64,000 bases of DNA from sequence record PP526941.1; one strand, written 5' to 3'. Each line of letters starts with the position of its first letter. Position 1 is the stretch's first letter. The notes below the pieces were generated by a model. It saw only the letters and a list, made by a program, of their open reading frames with translations. It had not been told where the DNA came from and did no database searches. The translations under genes and the position numbers were made by a program. Source of the stretch: Escherichia phage vB_EcoM_ECO78. Shown here in pieces: positions 1 through 12,101 of this stretch.

Positions 1-122
1 AGGAGTCATATACTGTTCAATTTCGCATACTGATCCATTTTGATGTTTCCAAAGGCAAATAGTATCAATAGAACCTGCAATACCATTAGAAACATATTTA
101 CGTTCAAAGTTAATGTAGTTCA
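1..122 (-). CDS. hypothetical protein, 5' portion only (ATG at 120-122, gene runs off window start)
   Basis: Open minus frame MNYINFERKYVSNGIAG... with GGAGAATAAAA RBS upstream. Confidence 0.4.
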
Positions 123-160
123 TTTTTATTCTCCGAGATGTTTAATTGCGGTACAGGTAT

Positions 161-189
161 ATAATATCATATCCTGTACCAAAGTAAAC
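161..189 (-). promoter_or_regulatory. early sigma70-type promoter (GTTTACT -35, TATTAT -10)
   Basis: Match to repeated T-even early promoter pattern just upstream of ORF starting at 122. Confidence 0.4.
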
Positions 190-191
190 AA

Positions 192-524
192 TTATTTTAC
201 TACTTTCCAGTGCTGCATGTCAAGTTTACCAACTTTTTTCATCTTCTCAATTAAGCGTTCTGCGCGTTGGCGAGCTGTAACATAATGCCATTCACCTAAT
301 TCATTTTGTTCAATTTTTCCAACGATTACTGTATTCAATTCATAAATCCAACCAGTAAAGAAATTATGAACTTGAATTGTAAAGGTGAAATCTGTTCCCA
401 TACCTTCTGTTGTTTCTACTTCAATAATATCACCTTCAACTGCCATTAAGAACCACATAGTTTCATCATATTTACCGTTGAAGCATTTAGTTTTAACTGC
501 AGCGTTCAGATTAATTGTTTTCAT
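192..524 (-). CDS. hypothetical protein (110 aa)
   Basis: ORF with ATG at 522-524 and GGAGAATAAA RBS; position of T4 30.x genes. Confidence 0.5.
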   Translation of the reverse strand: MKTINLNAAVKTKCFNGKYDETMWFLMAVEGDIIEVETTEGMGTDFTFTIQVHNFFTGWIYELNTVIVGKIEQNELGEWHYVTARQRAERLIEKMKKVGKLDMQHWKVVK

Positions 525-551
525 TTTATTCTCCTTTGTTTGTGTAAGATA

Positions 552-581
552 ATACTATCACAAAGGAACCGTACTGTAAAC
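552..581 (-). promoter_or_regulatory. early promoter (GTTTACA -35, 17-nt spacer, TAGTAT -10)
   Basis: Sequence pattern directly upstream of 192..524 ORF. Confidence 0.45.
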
Positions 582-600
582 AACTTTATGCAATCTTTGG

Positions 601-630
601 AAAATAAAAAAGGACTCCCGAAGGAGTCCT
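601..630 (-). terminator. rho-independent terminator (AGGACUCC-UUCG-GGAGUCCU stem-loop plus U-run)
   Basis: Perfect 8-bp GC stem with tetraloop at 611-630, A-run 601-610 on plus (U-run on minus transcript). Confidence 0.6.
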
Positions 631-634
631 CAAC

Positions 635-811
635 TTATGCTTTCTGCTTACCAAAACGAGAAGCATCATCTCGAAGAACCGCACGTGCTCGACGCATGAT
701 CTTCTCAACAGTTTGATTGATACGAGAGTTCGACCCACGCTTGTAGCCAGCGCGTTTAGAATCACCAACTTTCTTTTCAACTGCTTTCTTTGCTTTAGCT
801 TGTTTTGCCAT
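635..811 (-). CDS. small basic protein (58 aa, MAKQAKAKKAVEKK...)
   Basis: ATG at 809-811; chosen over overlapping alternative frame 586..780. Confidence 0.45.
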   Translation of the reverse strand: MAKQAKAKKAVEKKVGDSKRAGYKRGSNSRINQTVEKIMRRARAVLRDDASRFGKQKA

Positions 812-930
812 TATAAATTCTCTTTTAAATGAAAATGCAGGACTTATTGGCATTGCCTGCGCAAGCCCTCAAGGGGTACTTAGGTTTTGAATATTTACCG
901 ACAGGATAACCATAAACCTCGTCAACATAA

Positions 931-1179
931 TTACTTCAGTGTTACCACAAAGTGACGAACTGCTTTTCGCGCAGCAGAAGCCAGAGGCTTAGCATATTTA
1001 AGTTCATCTTTTTCCTGAAGCTCAGCAGCTAATGCAGTTTGAGCAGGATTCAGATGTTTGAAATAACGCAGGATTTCAAGAGCTTCGGCTTCAACATCAA
1101 TAGATGCGCCATAGTTTTCGTGACCATTATTCCATGCGTTTCGTTGCAGTTCAAGAGCGTGTTGTAATTGTTTAATCAT
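931..1179 (-). CDS. rIII: rIII lysis inhibition accessory protein (82 aa)
   Basis: Size, sequence and position upstream of gene 31 match T4 rIII. Confidence 0.8.
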   Translation of the reverse strand: MIKQLQHALELQRNAWNNGHENYGASIDVEAEALEILRYFKHLNPAQTALAAELQEKDELKYAKPLASAARKAVRHFVVTLK

Positions 1180-1318
1180 TTAAAAATTCTCGTTAGAGAT
1201 TAAAACTCGGTAGTCACGTTCTTCTGAATTTCATCTTCTTTCGACAGATCTCTCAGTTGTAGACTACCACATAGAATTGTTCGGTTAACTTATTATTCCG
1301 ACACCCAATTCATATTAT

Positions 1319-1326
1319 TATTTATA
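1319..1326 (-). promoter_or_regulatory. late promoter motif TATAAATA
   Basis: Exact TATAAATA on minus strand just downstream of gene 31 stop, pointing toward rIII. Confidence 0.3.
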
Positions 1327-1662
1327 TCACTTATAAAGACACGGAATAGCTTTATAGTGACAAGTAACGAATTTTTGTTTAATTTCTTTTGGCTGCTTAA
1401 GACCCAGAGCTACAAAAGGATGCGGAACATTTCGAATTTGACCAACTGGAAGAGAAGTCAAATCACCAACTTCGCAGAAACCTTCAGGAACATCAGGACC
1501 GACAGAGTGAACTACACACAGTTCAGGAACTTCACCTTGAACACGTTTACCAATAATAAGTCCTGATTCTGTAACTTCTTCATCACCGGCTTGTGCAGGT
1601 TCAGAAACTAAAATAACATATTCACCGACAGCACGAATTGGTAGCTGTTGTACTTCAGACAT
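1327..1662 (-). CDS. 31: gp31 co-chaperonin (GroES analogue, 111 aa)
   Basis: 111 aa, sequence and position match T4 gp31. Confidence 0.9.
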
Positions 1663-1718
1663 CGTTTTTCCTTTTTGTTAACAGATGAATTAATAATAAC
1701 AAATAATTCTTAAAGCAT

Positions 1719-2027
1719 TTATTTACCGATAAATTGAAGCAAATGCTCAACTTTCATACCATTAACAGAAATCAATTTGTCAATAGAAAAACCTCGCCAT
1801 GCACCAAGTTCAACATCAAATACTGGAATCATGTCAGTAGATTCTTTCCGAGTAGATTCAGTCAATTTACCAGTTTGCATGGTTGGCATAAAGTCTGCAT
1901 CACGAGTACCTTTCATAGTACGAATAGTACCATCAGACTTTTCAAAAACTACGTTTGAAACACCCATGGACAATTTAGTTTTCAAAATTTCACGAATTGC
2001 TACTTTCTGTTCAGTTGTCAGTTTCAT
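1719..2027 (-). CDS. hypothetical protein (102 aa)
   Basis: ORF between 31 and cd (T4 31.1-like position). Confidence 0.5.
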   Translation of the reverse strand: MKLTTEQKVAIREILKTKLSMGVSNVVFEKSDGTIRTMKGTRDADFMPTMQTGKLTESTRKESTDMIPVFDVELGAWRGFSIDKLISVNGMKVEHLLQFIGK

Positions 2028-2264
2028 TTATTTACCTATTACAGTTTTAATATGGGTTGTTCCACGTTCTTTAAGGGTGGAAAGCAATTTTTGGCATTTT
2101 TCTAAATCAGATTTCCAACTATACGGCCTATCAATACTAGTCCAATCAGTTTTATAATACTGTTTCCATTTAGAGAAAAAATATTTCTTATACTCTACAG
2201 CAAATGAAATGTTCTCGTTAGAATAAGAACTAATTGCTGTGAGCTGTACCAAACGAAATTTCAT
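2028..2264 (-). CDS. hypothetical protein (78 aa)
   Basis: ORF abutting cd stop (T4 31.2-like position). Confidence 0.45.
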   Translation of the reverse strand: MKFRLVQLTAISSYSNENISFAVEYKKYFFSKWKQYYKTDWTSIDRPYSWKSDLEKCQKLLSTLKERGTTHIKTVIGK

Positions 2265-2845
2265 TATTCACCACAGAATTCGTTGATATTTTCCCAGTTT
2301 AACTTATTCAAGTTTTTCTTAGGAACATTAAACACTTCAATACCTGCATTTCGCAGAATATCATCCCAACCAGGTTTATTTTTATCGTATGTTTCGCAAT
2401 AAACCAGCTTTTTAATTCCAGATTGAGCTATCGCTTTTGCGCAATCTGGACAAGGAGAAAGTGTTACATACATAGTAGCACCTTCAATAGAAGAACCATT
2501 TCGTGCAGCAAACAAAATTGCGTTTAGTTCAGCATGAATTTCATTTTTAGATGACCATTCCGAGTGAGCACTACGATGTTCTTTCGCCAAGACAAAACGA
2601 TCAGTTGAACCAAATGATACGCATTCAGGCTTATGACCTTGAATGATAGTATGTTTAGGCTTATTTAACAACCAACCTTGCTCAGCAGCATAATCACAAC
2701 AGTTCACACCCCCTGCGGGGGAACCATTATACCCAGTAGAAATAATACGTCCATTCTTTTCAATTACTGCTCCTACCTTCCAGGAGCAGCATTTTGATTC
2801 TTGTGATACTAAATATGCAATTTGAAGTACTGTACTCGCTTTCAT
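2264..2845 (-). CDS. cd: dCMP deaminase (193 aa)
   Basis: HAE...PCPDC zinc-dependent cytidine/dCMP deaminase motifs; T4 cd size and position. Confidence 0.9.
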   Translation of the reverse strand: MKASTVLQIAYLVSQESKCCSWKVGAVIEKNGRIISTGYNGSPAGGVNCCDYAAEQGWLLNKPKHTIIQGHKPECVSFGSTDRFVLAKEHRSAHSEWSSKNEIHAELNAILFAARNGSSIEGATMYVTLSPCPDCAKAIAQSGIKKLVYCETYDKNKPGWDDILRNAGIEVFNVPKKNLNKLNWENINEFCGE

Positions 2846-3180
2846 TTCATAATCACCAGATAAGCAGATTTAGCAGTTTCAACACGATAAATTTCGTGAC
2901 GAAGTTTAGTTATACTTTTAATAACAGAACTAATTATATTCTGCCCATCTTTAAAGCGGTTTTTCTTATCAATAAAAACTGCGCCAGTCATCTTTTTGTG
3001 AAGCTCAACTGGATACTTCGTCACAATAATAGCATCATACACAGAAGGATGAATACTATTCACCAGAGTATCATTCATTAAAGTTATTCTAATGAACTGT
3101 GCTGTTTCAGAATCAAGCGCTCTATGATCGCCAGTATCATTTTCAAGACAATTATCAATTATATCAGTTAAATTCATCAT
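2842..3180 (-). CDS. hypothetical protein (112 aa)
   Basis: ORF overlapping cd start by 4 nt. Confidence 0.5.
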   Translation of the reverse strand: MMNLTDIIDNCLENDTGDHRALDSETAQFIRITLMNDTLVNSIHPSVYDAIIVTKYPVELHKKMTGAVFIDKKNRFKDGQNIISSVIKSITKLRHEIYRVETAKSAYLVIMK

Positions 3181-3416
3181 AGTACGCCATACACCCTTTG
3201 TGCTTCAACTAATCCATCAAAATCCAGTTTAAGATGTGATATTTGATCGCCATCGCCTGGATTCACAATTACTAATACTGAACGAGGAGTTTCGTTAATA
3301 ACACGAACCGATGTTTCAGGAAATCGTTCAGAAACCTTATTTACCAATTCCTGTGCAAATAGCTTGACTTTTTCTTGGAATTCTTTAACAGTAATCGGTT
3401 TTTCACTTAGCAGCAT
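3177..3416 (-). CDS. hypothetical protein (79 aa)
   Basis: ORF preceded by early promoter at 3447-3476. Confidence 0.5.
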   Translation of the reverse strand: MLLSEKPITVKEFQEKVKLFAQELVNKVSERFPETSVRVINETPRSVLVIVNPGDGDQISHLKLDFDGLVEAQRVYGVL

Positions 3417-3446
3417 TCTGTTTTCCTCATTTGTTTTGGTAGAGCT

Positions 3447-3476
3447 ATAATATCACAACTCTACCGTAAAGTAAAC
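3447..3476 (-). promoter_or_regulatory. early promoter (GTTTACT -35, TATTAT -10)
   Basis: Repeated early promoter pattern in intergenic gap. Confidence 0.45.
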
Positions 3477-3478
3477 TA

Positions 3479-3754
3479 TTAAATTGCTTTGAATTCTGCT
3501 GTCTGCGATTCAAAACGAATATCGCCTTTGATAACTAGCTCAGCATCAAGACCAAATACGACAATGATATGCGCGGAACCTGGATACAGTGTAATGGCAA
3601 TAGAATCCACCTGGTCTGGAAGCAAAGCGTTCAATACATGAGTCACTTGAGCATGGATTCGAAGCTCGGCTGCGTTATCAAGTTTTTCAAACATATTATT
3701 AGCGATAATTTGGCTAAACACTACTTCTACGATTTTAGAGTAAGTCGGAAACAT
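3479..3754 (-). CDS. hypothetical protein (91 aa)
   Basis: ORF downstream of pseT. Confidence 0.5.
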   Translation of the reverse strand: MFPTYSKIVEVVFSQIIANNMFEKLDNAAELRIHAQVTHVLNALLPDQVDSIAITLYPGSAHIIVVFGLDAELVIKGDIRFESQTAEFKAI

Positions 3755-3818
3755 ATTTACCTCACATAATTTTCTTCAAGACAATTAATAATATCTCAAG
3801 TTTCATGGTGCCAAGCCA

Positions 3819-5022
<1,204 letters not shown>

Positions 5023-5026
<4 letters not shown>

Positions 5027-5259
5027 TTATTTTTCTCAACCAATGATTGAATATAATCATGCAGGTCTTTAGATGCTTTGCCCCACTTATTTTGATATTC
5101 ATTTTTGAGATTAGCACGTGATTGAGCTAATAAAACATCATTAGTTGGAGGTAAAGATTCTAACCGCTGAATCTGGCGTCCATAAATCATTGCAGCCATC
5201 TCGGATTCATAAATCAATCCTTTGAGATGTTCAAATTGGTGCCATGAAATCATTTGCAT
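5023..5259 (-). CDS. hypothetical protein (78 aa)
   Basis: ORF in pseT-alc interval. Confidence 0.5.
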
Positions 5260-5549
5260 TTATCCTCTTTTAACTCTTGACGATAATAACATATCATAGT
5301 TTTCTGGTCATGTACATATCGTTTTACATCATTAAGCCAAATACGAAATTCCTGAGAATCTTCAAATGGCATACCGACCCAAGCTTTACCATCGATAACT
5401 TTAACTTGCCATGATAGTTTAGCTTCGTCATATGACTTTATTTGTACAGGCCAATTGGGATGAACTGTTTCTTTCTTTACTTCTAGAGGCTTTGTCGAAC
5501 AACCAACTAGAAGACCAATAGATAATATTACTGCTGATAGTTTAATCAT
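5250..5549 (-). CDS. predicted lipoprotein (99 aa, lipobox LLVGC)
   Basis: N-terminal signal peptide with lipobox cysteine. Confidence 0.5.
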   Translation of the reverse strand: MIKLSAVILSIGLLVGCSTKPLEVKKETVHPNWPVQIKSYDEAKLSWQVKVIDGKAWVGMPFEDSQEFRIWLNDVKRYVHDQKTMICYYRQELKEDKCK

Positions 5550-5899
5550 TTAGAAAGGTCCTGGATGTCTTCTGCGAACTTGTTGAAGGAGTTGTTGATT
5601 TGTTTTTCAACCAATCCTGGCTTATGAGCCACCACATCCGCCTTCTTTGCGTCTTTGCGCAGTTTTTCATTTTCACGCTCAATAGCAGCAATTGCCTCAC
5701 GATTTTTATTATTCATCGCATCAATATAATTATACTGAATTCGCAAATTATTTAATGCTAAGGCGTTTTCATTGGCTGTTTTTGTAATTTCAGTAACTGA
5801 TGTTTCTAATCTTTCTACCTTATTTTTTAAAATAATAGATGTTCCGCCAAATGCTATTACAAGTAATAGCAATCCAGCTGTAAAATTACTTACATGCAT
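5546..5899 (-). CDS. hypothetical membrane-anchored coiled-coil protein (117 aa)
   Basis: N-terminal hydrophobic helix followed by heptad-rich segment. Confidence 0.5.
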   Translation of the reverse strand: MHVSNFTAGLLLLVIAFGGTSIILKNKVERLETSVTEITKTANENALALNNLRIQYNYIDAMNNKNREAIAAIERENEKLRKDAKKADVVAHKPGLVEKQINNSFNKFAEDIQDLSK

Positions 5900-6393
5900 A
5901 AAGTTTTAATAACCTCTATAATATCGTCTTGAGAAAGACCATTAATTAAAATATGATGTTCAGCAGGAGATTTAGAAATTTTAAAGCATGCCTCAACATC
6001 TTCTGCCATATCCGATGCACTACGATTTGGATTACTAATTCCAAGACGATGTTTTCCTGTCAAAGGATTAACGATGATATAGCATTTGCAGCTATTGATA
6101 TGAACATTGGGTTGAGTCTGATTAATGAATACTTCGCACTCATACTTAGCGAGTTGATTTTCTAAAAAGACTTTCATCTCCTCAACCGCATCAGGAAGCA
6201 TATCACGGGCTTGCTCAAGACGACGATTTCGATATTCTTTAATGGTCGTTTTCCGCTTAACTTGCTTAGCTAAATCTTTCTTAAGATCGGTGATATATCC
6301 AACTCGACGATTTCCTTTGAATACAGAAATCCCATCTGTAGTATCACCGTATGCTTCAACGACCATTTCAGTAGTAATAAGCTGCAAATCCAT
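5890..6393 (-). CDS. alc: Alc (shuts off transcription of cytosine-containing host DNA)
   Basis: 167 aa from second ATG; sequence and position match T4 alc. Confidence 0.75.
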   Translation of the reverse strand: MDLQLITTEMVVEAYGDTTDGISVFKGNRRVGYITDLKKDLAKQVKRKTTIKEYRNRRLEQARDMLPDAVEEMKVFLENQLAKYECEVFINQTQPNVHINSCKCYIIVNPLTGKHRLGISNPNRSASDMAEDVEACFKISKSPAEHHILINGLSQDDIIEVIKTLCM

Positions 6394-6424
6394 CATAAAG
6401 TCCTCATGTTATGTCAGTAAGACT

Positions 6425-6454
6425 ACTATAACACAACACGATGGACTTGTAAAC
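6425..6454 (-). promoter_or_regulatory. early promoter (GTTTACA -35, TATAGT -10)
   Basis: Pattern upstream of alc. Confidence 0.45.
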
Positions 6455-6457
6455 AGC

Positions 6458-8045
<1,588 letters not shown>

Positions 8046-8072
8046 AATAAAATGGGCCTTGCGGCCCACTCC

Positions 8073-9251
8073 TTAAAAGTATTTTTTAAAACTCATCATA
8101 ACTTTATCATCAACATCATTATCAATCTGTGCAACAAGGTAAGATGACAGTTCTACTTCTTGTGGCGCGGATTGAACATTATCAGAATTAAGATATTCAC
8201 GAATCCAAGGATATGGATGTTTAACCGGAGCATCGGTAATTGGGCATGGAAGACCACACTGTTTCATACGAGATACAGTTAAGTAATCAATAAAGCTCCA
8301 CATGCTATTTGTATTTAATCCAGGAACATCGCCATCTTTAAATAAATGAACTGCCCAATCTTTTTCTTGACGGTTAACTTCCATGAAAATATCAACTGCT
8401 TCTTGTTCACACTCTTGGGCAATTTTAACCCATTCATCGCCATCAGTGCCAAGTTGAAGTTGACGAATAATATATTGGGTGCCCTTAAGGTGTAGTTGTT
8501 CATCGCGAGCAATGAACTTCATAATCTTGGCATTACCTTCCATGATTTCCATATTCTTGTGGAAGTTAAAGGTGCATGCGAAAGATACATAAAAACGAAT
8601 AGCTTCTAAGGCATTAATAACGTGCAAACAGAGGTAAAGAGATTTCATTAGCTCACGCTTCCAATATGTCTCATGCTCAATAGCATCTTCAATAATGTCT
8701 TCGTCTGCATTAATTTCTTTTTGGTATTCGATATCAGCTTTAGCGTTTTCCCAATAACGAGTTTTAATCAGAACATCATCATAATAACGTCCAATGGATT
8801 CAGCACGTTTCATAATAGCTTCATCTAATACAATTTCATCAAATACCTTCGATGGATCAGTATAAAGATTTCGCATGATATGAGTATATGAACGACTGTG
8901 AATAGTTTCACTAAAAGTCCATGTAGCAACCCATGTATCAAGACTTGGGTCTGAAATTAATGACATAAGTACGGCAGACGGCGCACGACCCTGAATGCTA
9001 TCCAAAAGTGATTGATACTTCAGGTTGTTAGTAAAAATATTTTGCTGGTACTGAGGAAGCTTATTAAACTGTGCAGCATCCATCATCAAGTTTACTTCTT
9101 CAGGACGCCAGAAAAATGACAATTGCTTTTCGGTTAAATCTTCAAAAACTTTATGGCGTTGAATATCATAACGCGCAATACCAAGACCTGAACCGAAGAA
9201 CATAGGTTCTTTTAAAACATCAACTGGATTTGTATTAAAAACTGTGCTCAT
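8073..9251 (-). CDS. nrdB: ribonucleotide reductase beta subunit, contiguous (no intron)
   Basis: 392 aa di-iron R2 protein in one uninterrupted frame. Confidence 0.92.
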   Translation of the reverse strand: MSTVFNTNPVDVLKEPMFFGSGLGIARYDIQRHKVFEDLTEKQLSFFWRPEEVNLMMDAAQFNKLPQYQQNIFTNNLKYQSLLDSIQGRAPSAVLMSLISDPSLDTWVATWTFSETIHSRSYTHIMRNLYTDPSKVFDEIVLDEAIMKRAESIGRYYDDVLIKTRYWENAKADIEYQKEINADEDIIEDAIEHETYWKRELMKSLYLCLHVINALEAIRFYVSFACTFNFHKNMEIMEGNAKIMKFIARDEQLHLKGTQYIIRQLQLGTDGDEWVKIAQECEQEAVDIFMEVNRQEKDWAVHLFKDGDVPGLNTNSMWSFIDYLTVSRMKQCGLPCPITDAPVKHPYPWIREYLNSDNVQSAPQEVELSSYLVAQIDNDVDDKVMMSFKKYF

Positions 9252-9302
9252 AAATTTTCCGCTTAGTTAATAGATAGTGACTCGTCCATGAGTCAAATTA
9301 TA

Positions 9303-11567
9303 TCATAATTTACAGGATGAACAATCTTCAGCTTTTGGAGTTTCTATTTCATAATCATCAGTACCAGAACCGTCACGGGTATTATGATAATAGAAATTTT
9401 TTCCGCCAAAATACCAAAAATACAAAAGGTCATCAATCATTATTGACATTGGAACCTTTCCTTTTGGAAAAATCTGCGGGTCATAATATGTATTTGCTGA
9501 AGCTGATTGACATACCCATTTCAGCATAATAGCTACCTGTGTAAGATAAGGTTTATTGCCTTTCTTAGCTAATTTCCACGTATAATCATAGAGGTCTATG
9601 TTATGTTCAATATTGGGCACGACTTGATTAAAGGAGCCCTCTTTTGATTCTTTAACAGAGACTGGTCCACGTGGAGGCTCGATACCGTTTGTACTGTTAG
9701 AAACTTGGGAAGATGACTCACATGGCATAAGTGCTGATAATGTGCTATTACGGATGCCAAAGAGCTTAAGGTCTTCCCGCAGCGACGACCAGTCACAAAC
9801 GTATTTTGGAGCTGCGATTTGGTCAATCTTTTTATTGTACCAGTCGATAGGTAATTCGCCTCGAGACCAACGAGTGTCTGAATAATATTCGCAAGGTCCT
9901 TTTTCTTTGGCGAGCTTAATGGATGCTTTAATGAGTCCATACTGTAATCTCTCAAATAGTTCATGTGTTAAATCGTTAGCATCTTCATAAGAAGCAAAGT
10001 TACTTGCCAGCCAAGCTGCATAGTTAGTAACACCTACACCGAGGTTACGACGCTTTTTAGCTTTTTCTGCTTCAGGAACTGGATATCCTTGGTAATCCAA
10101 AAGATTATCAAGAGCACGAACTTGAACTTCTGCCAATTCATTAATTTTATCTTGGTCTTGCCAATCGAAGTTATCCAACACAAACGCAGATAACGTACAC
10201 AATCCAATTTCGGCATCAGGGCTATTCACATCATTTGTTGGAATAGCAATTTCACAGCACAAGTTACTCTGACGAATAGGTGCCTTTTCACGAATAAACG
10301 GAGTGTAGTTATTCGTATTATCAATGAACTGTACATAAATCCTTGCTGTTCCTGAACGTTCAGTCATGAGCAATTCAAACAGTTCACGGGCTTTAATACG
10401 CTTTTTACGAATATTAGGGTCTTTTTCTGCTGCTTCGTATAATTCGCGGAAACGGTCTTGGTCTTTAAAATAAGAATAATAAAGCTCGCCACCCATTTCA
10501 TGCGGACTGAACAAAGTAATGTAATCGTTCTTTCCAAAACGTTCCATCATCAAATCATTCAGCTGAACACCATAATCCATATGACGAATGCGGTTTTCTT
10601 CTACGCCTTTGTTATTTTTCAAAACGAGAAGATTTTCAACTTCCAAATGCCAAATAGGATAATAAGCAGTAGCAGCGCCGCCACGAATTCCACCCTGTGA
10701 ACATGATTTAACTGCGGTCTGAAAATGTTTCCAAAAAGGAATAACACCAGTATGGCGTACTTCACCCATGCCAATCTTAGAACCTTCGGCACGAATCATA
10801 CCAACGTTAATACCAATTCCAGCACGTTTGGAGATATATTCAACAATCGAAGCGGAAGCCTTATTGATAGACTTCAATGAATCACCTGCCTCAATAACAA
10901 CGCATGAACTAAACTGCCGAGTTGGAGTACGACAACCAGCCATAATAGGAGTTGGCAATGAAATCTGTCGAGTAGATACCGCTTCATAAAAACGGATAAC
11001 ATGTTTTAATCTATCAACAGGTTCATCTTGATGCAATGCCATTCCAATAGCCATAAATGCAAACTGCGGAGTTTCATAAATTTGACCAGTGGTTTTATCT
11101 TTAACTAAATATTTTTCTTTTAATTGCATCGCCCCGGAATAAGTAAATTCCATATCCCGCTCGTGCTTAATTTTTGATTCTAAAAATGTAATTTCTTCTG
11201 CTGAATATTTTGACAATAATTCAGGGTCATATTTACCTTCATTTACACAATAAGAAATATGGTCAATAAATGAACGTGGTTCATACTGCCCGTAAACATG
11301 TTTACGAAGAGCAAACATTAAACAGCGTGCAGCTACATATTGATAATCAGGTTCTTCAACCGAAATAGAATTCGCAGCGGCCTTAATGACAATAGTCTGA
11401 ATATCATCAGTTGTCATTCCATCACGGAGATAAGATTTAATGTTTTCATATAATTCATAAGGATCTACTGATGTTCCCTCAGCTGCCCAAGATAAAACTT
11501 TAATAATTTTTTGTGGGTCAAAGCTCTGAGAAACACCACTACTTTTGATAACATTAATTAATTGCAT
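9303..11567 (-). CDS. nrdA: ribonucleotide reductase alpha subunit (754 aa)
   Basis: Class I RNR large subunit; T4 NrdA size. Confidence 0.95.
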   Translation of the reverse strand: MQLINVIKSSGVSQSFDPQKIIKVLSWAAEGTSVDPYELYENIKSYLRDGMTTDDIQTIVIKAAANSISVEEPDYQYVAARCLMFALRKHVYGQYEPRSFIDHISYCVNEGKYDPELLSKYSAEEITFLESKIKHERDMEFTYSGAMQLKEKYLVKDKTTGQIYETPQFAFMAIGMALHQDEPVDRLKHVIRFYEAVSTRQISLPTPIMAGCRTPTRQFSSCVVIEAGDSLKSINKASASIVEYISKRAGIGINVGMIRAEGSKIGMGEVRHTGVIPFWKHFQTAVKSCSQGGIRGGAATAYYPIWHLEVENLLVLKNNKGVEENRIRHMDYGVQLNDLMMERFGKNDYITLFSPHEMGGELYYSYFKDQDRFRELYEAAEKDPNIRKKRIKARELFELLMTERSGTARIYVQFIDNTNNYTPFIREKAPIRQSNLCCEIAIPTNDVNSPDAEIGLCTLSAFVLDNFDWQDQDKINELAEVQVRALDNLLDYQGYPVPEAEKAKKRRNLGVGVTNYAAWLASNFASYEDANDLTHELFERLQYGLIKASIKLAKEKGPCEYYSDTRWSRGELPIDWYNKKIDQIAAPKYVCDWSSLREDLKLFGIRNSTLSALMPCESSSQVSNSTNGIEPPRGPVSVKESKEGSFNQVVPNIEHNIDLYDYTWKLAKKGNKPYLTQVAIMLKWVCQSASANTYYDPQIFPKGKVPMSIMIDDLLYFWYFGGKNFYYHNTRDGSGTDDYEIETPKAEDCSSCKL

Positions 11568-11884
11568 AAGTCCTCAACTTGAAAATCGTCTTTAAACAAT
11601 CGGTTAACTATATGAGCTATTATATCACCATGACACGGCTTTGGTTTACATGTGCATCCTAGCCTCATTCCACGTAAAGGCTCTAAATGTGCTTTAGTTA
11701 TTTCTCCGGATTTAATTCGACGTATAAAATCTTTTTTGAATAATTCAATGGCAGCCTCCCGGCTGCCAGCATCTTTACCGACGTAATTTCCCCAAAATGT
11801 ACCACGGTGAATATTAACATCAAAGTCGGATTTGTATTTATTCACTACCCGGCATAGACGGCCCGGTTGGTAATAATTCTTCAT
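11558..11884 (-). CDS. hypothetical Cys/His-containing protein (108 aa, T4 nrdA.1 position)
   Basis: ORF overlapping nrdA start; CTC...PCHGD motif. Confidence 0.5.
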   Translation of the reverse strand: MKNYYQPGRLCRVVNKYKSDFDVNIHRGTFWGNYVGKDAGSREAAIELFKKDFIRRIKSGEITKAHLEPLRGMRLGCTCKPKPCHGDIIAHIVNRLFKDDFQVEDLCN

Positions 11885-12101
11885 ATTGTTTTTCCGTTAA
11901 AACAGTAATATCGTAGTAACAGTCAGAAGAAGTTTTAACTGTAGAAATTTTATTATCAAAATACTCACGAGTCATTTTATGAGTATAATACTTTTTACCA
12001 TAAATGATAATAGGTTGTTCTGGTCCTGGAACTTCTAACTCACTTGGGTTAGGAAGTGTAAAAAGAACAACGCCAGAAATATCTTTAAATCGTAAAATCA
12101 T
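11838..12101 (-). CDS. hypothetical protein (87 aa, T4 nrdA.2 position)
   Basis: ORF overlapping td stop. Confidence 0.45.
   Translation of the reverse strand: MILRFKDISGVVLFTLPNPSELEVPGPEQPIIIYGKKYYTHKMTREYFDNKISTVKTSSDCYYDITVLTEKQYEELLPTGPSMPGSE

Noticed and set aside
586-780. 64-aa minus ORF overlapping 635..853 in another frame
   Set aside because: The alternative frame gives a lysine-rich protein with a clean ATG at 809-811; both cannot be coding, so I kept that one.
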